A stretch of DNA of 64,000 nt, from contig CALALP010000044.1 of the NCBI GenBank assembly GCA_937925515.1, forward strand, positions 5,184 through 69,183, read 5' to 3'. The position numbers and the translations under genes are program-made. The number at the start of each line of letters is the position of its first letter. Position 1 is the stretch's first letter. The notes beneath the pieces were generated by a model. The model had not been told where the DNA came from and did not search any database. It saw nothing but the letters and a program-made list of their open reading frames with translations. Shown piece after piece: positions 58,226 to 64,000 of this stretch. The stretch is from an uncultured Lachnoanaerobaculum sp. (GTDB lineage: Bacteria > Bacillota > Clostridia > Lachnospirales > Lachnospiraceae).

Positions 58226-59185
58226 ATGAAAAAATTTATAAATGTTTCAATACTGATAATAAGCTCTATTTTTATTTCACTATCAACCAACTTTATATCT
58301 AAGGCAAACAGCTGGAATAAAACTGATACCGGTTGGGAATTTATTTCAAATGGCGAAGTTCTTAAAAGCACTTGGTTAGCTGAAACTATTCCTGTTGGAA
58401 ATAAAAGAACTTGGTATTATCTTGATTCTAATGGAAAAATGGTAACAGGTTGGACTACTTCTGGTAATGGTTGGTACTATTTAGCACAAAACGGCGTAAT
58501 GCAAACAGGTTGGCTACAAGATAATAATAACTGGTATTTTTTAGATTCTTCAGGGAAAATGCAGGTAGGTTGGCTTTATTATAATGATAACTGGTACTTT
58601 TTAAATGCTTACGGACAAATGCTTACAGGCTGGGTGCTTGACAATGGAAAGTCCTACTATCTCGATAAAACTTCAGGCTATATGCTTACTTCTACTACAA
58701 CCCCTGACGGAAACCAAGTAGATGAAAATGGAGTTTACATTTCAAATTCAAATAGTTCAAACTCTAATAAAGTTAGTAACACTTCACAAGAAACATTTTC
58801 TTCACAAGCAGAAAATGAAGTCCTTAATCTGGTAAATATTGAAAGAGAAAAAAATGGACTTGCTCCTCTACACTTAAACCAAATCTTAGTAGACGGTGCT
58901 AAAATAAGGGCTAAAGAAATAGTAACATCTTTTAGTCATACAAGACCTGATGGCAGTAAACCTTACACCGTATTTCCGGGTGGAGATTTTGCAGCATACT
59001 TTAACCATGTTGGTGAAAATATTGCTTATGGTCAACTTGATGCAGCTGAAGTTATGGATGGTTGGATGAATTCCGAGGGGCATAGAGCAAATATCTTAAA
59101 TCCTAAATTTACAAGTATCGGTATTGGTTGTTATGAGTCAGGTGGTATATTATATTGGGTACAAATGTTTGGAAGGGAGTATTAA
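58226..59185 (+). CDS. Secreted cell-wall-binding-repeat protein with C-terminal CAP/SCP (YkwD-like) domain
   Basis: Signal peptide; about 6 choline-binding-type repeats (GW..NG.WYYL..NG.M.TGW); CAP motifs (HTRPDGS, GENIAYGQ, GHRANILNPKFTSIGIGCY). Start at 58226 with GGAGG RBS. Confidence 0.7.
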   Translation: MKKFINVSILIISSIFISLSTNFISKANSWNKTDTGWEFISNGEVLKSTWLAETIPVGNKRTWYYLDSNGKMVTGWTTSGNGWYYLAQNGVMQTGWLQDNNNWYFLDSSGKMQVGWLYYNDNWYFLNAYGQMLTGWVLDNGKSYYLDKTSGYMLTSTTTPDGNQVDENGVYISNSNSSNSNKVSNTSQETFSSQAENEVLNLVNIEREKNGLAPLHLNQILVDGAKIRAKEIVTSFSHTRPDGSKPYTVFPGGDFAAYFNHVGENIAYGQLDAAEVMDGWMNSEGHRANILNPKFTSIGIGCYESGGILYWVQMFGREY

Positions 59186-59186
59186 T

Positions 59187-59558
59187 ATGTTTACTTTTAA
59201 TCACTTTAATTTTAATGTTTTAAACCTTGAAAAAAGCCTTGAATTTTATGATAAGGCACTTAATCTTAAGCCAATAAGAACTAAAGAATCAAATGACGGT
59301 TCTTTCAAACTTGTCTATCTTTCTGATTCTAAAACCAACTTTACCTTGGAACTTACTTGGCTTAGAGATAGAAAAGAACCTTATAATCTCGGAGAATTGG
59401 AGTATCATCTGGCACTTGAGGCAGAAAATTATGATGAGGCACATAAAAAACATCTTGAAATGGGTGTGATATGTTATGAAAACCCAAGTATGGGAATTTA
59501 TTTTATAGCAGACCCTGACGGCTATTGGATTGAGATAATCCCTGCTAAAAATAGATAA
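59187..59558 (+). CDS. Glyoxalase/VOC family protein
   Basis: 124 aa from ATG 59187; MFTFNHFNFNVLNLEKSLEFY typical of glyoxalase I-like; E..H..L C-terminal metal ligands. Confidence 0.7.
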   Translation: MFTFNHFNFNVLNLEKSLEFYDKALNLKPIRTKESNDGSFKLVYLSDSKTNFTLELTWLRDRKEPYNLGELEYHLALEAENYDEAHKKHLEMGVICYENPSMGIYFIADPDGYWIEIIPAKNR

Positions 59559-59572
59559 TTACAGGAGAACTT

Positions 59573-60160
59573 ATGTTTAAAATAATTTTAGCCTCTGCCT
59601 CCCCAAGGCGTAAGGAATTACTTTCAAAAATCTATAAAGATTTTGAAATCATAGTTTCAGATAAAGAAACTTCTATCGATACCGATGAGCCGACAACATT
59701 TTGTGTAAGACAGGCAAAACAAAAAGGAGTAGACATTTACGAAAAAGCAATTAATCTATTCCCAAACACAAAACTTTTAGTCCTATCTTTTGATACAGTT
59801 GTATCTATTGATAACAAGATACTTGGAAAGCCCTTAGATAAAGCAGATGCCAAGAAAATGCTTGAAAAACTTTCAGGAAGAGAACATAAAGTCTATACAG
59901 GAGTCTGCATAGCTGCAAACCTTGAAAACTTTTATTTAAATACTTTTTTTGAGGAAACCAATGTAAGAGTAGCAAATTTATCTGATTCTGAAATAGAAAG
60001 TTATTTAAATACTGATGATTATAAAGACAAAGCAGGTTCTTATGGCATACAAGGCAGTTTTTCCAAATTTATAACAGGCATAGACGGCGACTTTTATAAT
60101 GTAATGGGACTTCCGATTGCCTCGCTGTATCAAAAGTTAAAGGAGTTAAAGTTGGAGTAA
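59573..60160 (+). CDS. maf: Maf-like nucleoside triphosphate pyrophosphatase
   Basis: ILASASPRRKELL N-terminal signature. Confidence 0.85.
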   Translation: MFKIILASASPRRKELLSKIYKDFEIIVSDKETSIDTDEPTTFCVRQAKQKGVDIYEKAINLFPNTKLLVLSFDTVVSIDNKILGKPLDKADAKKMLEKLSGREHKVYTGVCIAANLENFYLNTFFEETNVRVANLSDSEIESYLNTDDYKDKAGSYGIQGSFSKFITGIDGDFYNVMGLPIASLYQKLKELKLE

Positions 60161-60195
60161 AGTTTTTACTTAAAAAGGGGGTTATGGGGGGTTAT

Positions 60196-60230
60196 GGGGC
60201 ATTTCCTCGCCGACGGCGAGGAAATGCCCA
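60196..60230. repeat. GC-rich palindrome, copy 3 of TCCTCGCCG-NN-GGCGAGGA family, preceded by direct repeat GGGGTTATGG x2
   Basis: GGGGCATTTCCTCGCCG-AC-GGCGAGGAAATGCCCC; perfect 16-bp stem. Confidence 0.7.
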
Positions 60231-60250
60231 CTACTCCTACTCAATTATGA

Positions 60251-61122
60251 TTAAAAATTAGCAAAATTTTTATAATCATCTATAGTAATACTGTTTGTTT
60301 TAAATATCTTTTTTTCCATGCTTATTATGTAATTAAAACCTAATATTTTTTTAGCTTTTTCTAAGTCAATCCTAGATAGTACCTTTTTTGTGTAAGGTCT
60401 TTTTGAATTTATATTAGTTATAGATAACAAAAACCTTTTTATAACTTCACTATTCAATATAATAGTTGTTATCATTGCTTTTTTTTCGTCATTAAAACTT
60501 AAAAAATAACAAGTATCGTCTAACATAATAGGTTTATCTGATTTTAACATTATAAAAATAGCCTCTTTATAAAAGCCGGATATTGCAACTTTATATTTAC
60601 TAAAAGAATACTCTCCTATTCCAAATATTGAAAACTTAGGAGTATTTTTATATATAATACTCTTTCTTGATGATAGATTTTCTTCATAACTATTTAAATA
60701 ATTCCACAACCTTGGACTTTTAGACTTAATATACTCTGTATCCTCTCCTACCTTAGATTGTGTAATTATTACATATTTTCTTATTTCATTATTGCTTTTA
60801 TATTTTTTTATATCACTACTTTTTAGTAATGGATAAACTAATATATCTTCTATGTTTTGAAAGTCCTGTTTCCAAGGTATTAAAAATTTTCTCAAATACT
60901 TTTTTATGAGTTGGATTTATAAGTCTTGCAAATGCTGACAATGCAGTACTAACTTTTGACGCATCAAAGTCTTTGCCCATTTCAAGCCAAGTTGAAAAGA
61001 GATTTTCATAAGCTATAAAATATAAAGCCTAGTATATAATCCTTATATTCATTTGCCTCTATTTTAGAACGCATACTATTTGCAGATTCCCAAATCTTAG
61101 TTGCAAGCTGTTGTTTATTCAT
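60251..61122 (-). pseudogene. Remnant of an N6-adenine DNA methyltransferase (HsdM_N-like N-terminus, frameshifted, catalytic core missing, TaqI_C-like C-terminal TRD)
   Basis: ATG at 61122 gives MNKQQLATKIWESANSMRSKIEANEYKDYILGFIFYSL-stop (HsdM N-terminal signature); the +1 frame continues YENLFSTWLEMGKDFD... to a stop. ORF 60251..60895 (TTG start) carries YPLLKSSDIKKY, the TaqI_C-type TRD motif. Total span too short for an intact MTase. Confidence 0.5.
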
Positions 61123-61160
61123 CTATCTATCCTCTATTTTCTATAATATTTGTAACTTCC

Positions 61161-61784
61161 TTATTCTTCTGCCCTTAAATGTTTCTTTATTCTCTGAACT
61201 AACATATCGAGAGCAACTGCATTTTTCCCACCCTCAGGGATTATTATATCTGCTTTTCTTTTACTTGGTTCTACAAACTGCTCATGCATAGGCTTTACAG
61301 TCTGCAAATATTGATTTATAACACTTTCAAGTGTTCTTTCACGTTTTTTGACATCTCTTTTAATTCGTCTTAAAACTCTTACATCTGCGTCAGTATCTAC
61401 AAACACCTTAATATCCATTAAATCTCTAAGTTCCGGTTCTGAAAATATAAGTATTCCCTCTACTACAATAGCAGGGGCAGGTTTTACTAGAACAACTTTA
61501 TCTGAACGGCTATGTATAGTAAAGTCATAAACAGGCATTTCTATCGCCTTTCCCTCTTTAAGTTCTCTAAGGTGTTTACATAAAAGTTCAGACTCAAATG
61601 CATCCGGATGGTCATAGTTAAGCTTTTCTCTTTCAGAAAATTCTAAATCATCATTTGCCTTATAATAATTATCATGTCTTAAAATGCTGACCTCTTCTTC
61701 TCCAAATTTTTCCAAAAGTTTATTTGCCAGTGTACTTTTTCCACTTCCTGTACCACCTGCTATACCTATAACTATTGTATTCAT
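61161..61784 (-). CDS. udk: Uridine kinase
   Basis: P-loop IGIAGGTGSGKST; Udk length. Confidence 0.9.
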   Translation of the reverse strand: MNTIVIGIAGGTGSGKSTLANKLLEKFGEEEVSILRHDNYYKANDDLEFSEREKLNYDHPDAFESELLCKHLRELKEGKAIEMPVYDFTIHSRSDKVVLVKPAPAIVVEGILIFSEPELRDLMDIKVFVDTDADVRVLRRIKRDVKKRERTLESVINQYLQTVKPMHEQFVEPSKRKADIIIPEGGKNAVALDMLVQRIKKHLRAEE

Positions 61785-61799
61785 ACTTCACCTGCCTTA

Positions 61800-62246
61800 T
61801 TAATGTTTTTTAATCTTCTTTACTAATGTATCAAATGTCTTTTGAGGAATTTCAAATGAAAGTAAAATTGCTAAAACTATTGCTATGGCAATAAGAGTAG
61901 TCCCTCTACTAAAGGTGTTTATATCTGAGGCATCATTTCTCATATACGCATCAAATGTTTCATAGACTTTTACCCCCGGAACTAATGGAAATATTCCCGG
62001 AACTAAGAACATAGTTGCAGGACATCTAAATATAATTCCTGAAAATCTTGAGATACAGACTACTATAAATGCAGCTATAAATATTGCAACGCTTTCTTGA
62101 ATTGAAAAAAAATTAAATGCTATCAAATAAATAAGCCAACCTATTGCACCTACAAGACCACAAACAAAATATATTCTAGTTTGTACTTCATAAAGAATTG
62201 CAAATGCAAGTGTCCCCAAAAAGGCGGCTATAAATTGTGCTATCAT
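61800..62246 (-). CDS. ThrE_2/DUF3815 (YjjB-like) membrane protein
   Basis: 148 aa with 4-5 TM helices; typical DUF3815 architecture. No DUF1212 partner seen. Confidence 0.45.
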   Translation of the reverse strand: MIAQFIAAFLGTLAFAILYEVQTRIYFVCGLVGAIGWLIYLIAFNFFSIQESVAIFIAAFIVVCISRFSGIIFRCPATMFLVPGIFPLVPGVKVYETFDAYMRNDASDINTFSRGTTLIAIAIVLAILLSFEIPQKTFDTLVKKIKKH

Positions 62247-64000
62247 TTCTTTCCTCCCATAATTTCCTTTACAAAATCAGATAATTTATTTTTCTTGTGA
62301 AAGCTAGAATCCGAGCTATAAATATAGAGTCTATTTTTAGCCCTAGTCATTGCTACATAAAACATTCGTCTTTCCTCTTCCATATCCTCAATGGACGTTG
62401 CTTTTTTATGAGGTGTTATACCGTTGTTTGCCTCTATTATATAAACTATCTCATATTCCAAGCCTTTTGAGGAATGAAAGGTCATAAGTCTTACTCCCTC
62501 TGTTTCATTTTCCCTTTTATTTTTTCTTTTTTCCTCAAGCATTTTCTTATACTCTTCAATATGTACAAACCAACTATTTATATCATCAAAGTTAGATGCA
62601 CTTGTTTCAAGTTCGGTTAGTATATCAAATATATCATCAATTTCTATTGTCTGTTCCTTGCAAAATTCCTCTAAAAACTCATCATAGCCTAAGGTTTTTC
62701 TTATAAATCTAATTGCTGTTAAGGGTTTAAGTGTTGATATAATGTCCAATGCTCTCTCAAACTCCTTGATTCTTTCTATCATAAATGGCTTATCTTTGTA
62801 ATATTCATATAATGGCAAAAGACTTGAAACAAAATTCATTGCCTCTCTTTTTATATATCTATTTGGGCGATTTATAATTCTAAGTAAATCCTGTCTTTTT
62901 CCTATCCCTAAACTAAGTTTAAGATATGAAAGTATATCTTTTGAAACCCAATGAGTATATAAATTTGGCATATTGTCTTTTATTACAAAGGGTAAATTAT
63001 GTTGCATTAAAAATTCAACTAAAAGTCTTGGTTGAATATTTGTTCTATAAAGTATTGCTATTTCATTTAAGTTTACACCTAGTTTTATATAATTTTTTAT
63101 ATCATTTACAATGCTTTTATTTTCAGCAATGGCAGATTTAAAGCGAATTATGTCTACATTTTTACCTGTTCCCCTAAAAGCTTTGACTTCTTTTTCAAAC
63201 CTTGTTTTATTATGTAAAATAAGTTTTTTTGCAGCAGCGACTATTTGAATTGTAGACCTGAAATTAATGTCTAAAATCACAACGCTTGCCTTAGGATAAT
63301 CATTTTTAAAACCTAGCATTATCTCAGGCTTTGCCCCTCTAAATCTATAGATAGATTGGTCATCATCTCCGACAATAGTAAGGTTAGCGTCTTTACCTGC
63401 AATCATTTTAATAACTTCATATTGTAAAAAATTTATATCCTGAAATTCATCTACTAAAATATATCTATATTTATTTTCAAGTGCACATCTTATGTCCTCT
63501 CTTTGTGAAAGTAAATCATAAGTCATTATAAGCATGTCTTCAAAATCTATCTTTTTTAAAATACCAAGTTTTTTCTCATATTCTTCAAAAACCTGCCTAA
63601 AGCTATCAGCCGGACAGGTTTTTGAATAGTAATATGTTAAGTCAATTCTATCTTCTTTTACAAGTGCAATTTCAGATAAAATCTCATTTATAATGTTTGA
63701 GGTATCTTCTCCTTTTTTTATCAAATTTTTATCAAATATTATTTCCCTTATAATTTCAACTTTTTCGTCCTCAAGTGCAACTTGATTTACGCTATAGCCG
63801 TAGGCTTTCCTTATAATATTAAAGAAAACTGAGTGAAATGTTCCCCAAGTAACTCTTTTTCTTCCTGCTATATTTTCAAATCTCTCCTGCATTTGCAAGG
63901 CGGCCGCTTTTGAAAATGTAACTACAAGTATATTTTCAGGCAAGACATTCAGCTTTTCAATTAGATATTTTACTCTATTAGTTATTACAAATGTCTTACC
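62243..64000 (-). CDS. UvrD/PcrA-family ATP-dependent DNA helicase, 5' end off-window
   Basis: Reading frame continues past 64000 (GKTFVITNRVKYLIEK upstream of the first in-window Met); UvrD motifs TFSKAAALQMQER, DEFQD, VGDDDQSIYRFRGA, TFHSSKGLE, VAMTRAK. Confidence 0.8.
   Translation of the reverse strand, partial: GKTFVITNRVKYLIEKLNVLPENILVVTFSKAAALQMQERFENIAGRKRVTWGTFHSVFFNIIRKAYGYSVNQVALEDEKVEIIREIIFDKNLIKKGEDTSNIINEILSEIALVKEDRIDLTYYYSKTCPADSFRQVFEEYEKKLGILKKIDFEDMLIMTYDLLSQREDIRCALENKYRYILVDEFQDINFLQYEVIKMIAGKDANLTIVGDDDQSIYRFRGAKPEIMLGFKNDYPKASVVILDINFRSTIQIVAAAKKLILHNKTRFEKEVKAFRGTGKNVDIIRFKSAIAENKSIVNDIKNYIKLGVNLNEIAILYRTNIQPRLLVEFLMQHNLPFVIKDNMPNLYTHWVSKDILSYLKLSLGIGKRQDLLRIINRPNRYIKREAMNFVSSLLPLYEYYKDKPFMIERIKEFERALDIISTLKPLTAIRFIRKTLGYDEFLEEFCKEQTIEIDDIFDILTELETSASNFDDINSWFVHIEEYKKMLEEKRKNKRENETEGVRLMTFHSSKGLEYEIVYIIEANNGITPHKKATSIEDMEEERRMFYVAMTRAKNRLYIYSSDSSFHKKNKLSDFVKEIMGGKK

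Noticed and set aside
59124-59186. Upstream extension of the VOC-family ORF overlapping the CAP-domain gene
   Set aside because: No RBS; the internal ATG at 59187 has a GGAAGGGAG RBS and matches the usual glyoxalase N-terminus.

Overview
This 64 kb window is low-GC Firmicutes (Clostridia-like) chromosome, almost all coding, with most genes on the minus strand. From left to right it reads as follows:

- **1–11.05 kb, type VII secretion (T7SSb) locus:** the FtsK/SpoIIIE ATPase EssC (1665 aa, three P-loops), the pseudokinase membrane protein EssB/YukC, the ubiquitin-like EsaB/YukD, a tandem array of five WXG100-type small proteins that look like a duplicated pair, a LytTR-type regulator sitting inside the operon, a lipoprotein, and a 5'-partial downstream ORF that may be a substrate.
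- **11.4–13.1 kb, candidate OLD/AbiL/PARIS-like defence pair:** a compact two-gene module of an AAA_21/ABC-like ATPase plus a small TOPRIM-like (DUF4276/RloB-like, E...DxD) protein. The genes overlap, and the module is bounded by hairpin terminators and AT-rich spacers. This is the most likely candidate in the window for an undescribed system.
- **13.3–20.4 kb, SipW/TasA-like secreted-fibre locus:** three proteins carry SipW-cognate-type signal peptides (G-x-x-Y-A-x-W after the hydrophobic core), one of them a small acidic protein with a 15-bp tandem repeat. Also present are a SipW-type signal peptidase fused to an unusual polytopic membrane domain, a large membrane protein, and a dedicated NarL-type two-component system.
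- **21–54 kb, housekeeping core in Bacillus-like synteny:** recO, era, an M16 peptidase, yrrLMNO-like genes, RNase J, ruvX, ireB, mtaB, thiI-nifS, rlmH, comEA, a redox cluster (marR, gpx, trxB, trxA), tcdA, HPr, cdaA-cdaR, a MacAB-like efflux system and aroQ.
- **54.6–64 kb:** a short HipA/CtkA-like kinase with a small upstream ORF (possible toxin-antitoxin pair), citC-citXG without citDEF, a cell-wall-binding CAP-domain protein, a glyoxalase-fold (VOC) protein, maf, a decayed HsdM/TaqI_C-type methyltransferase remnant, udk, a ThrE_2 membrane protein and a 5'-truncated UvrD-family helicase.

A family of GC-rich palindromes with core TCCTCGCCG-NN-GGCGAGGA occurs three times in intergenic gaps. 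No rRNA, tRNA, CRISPR array, transposase or integrase was found.
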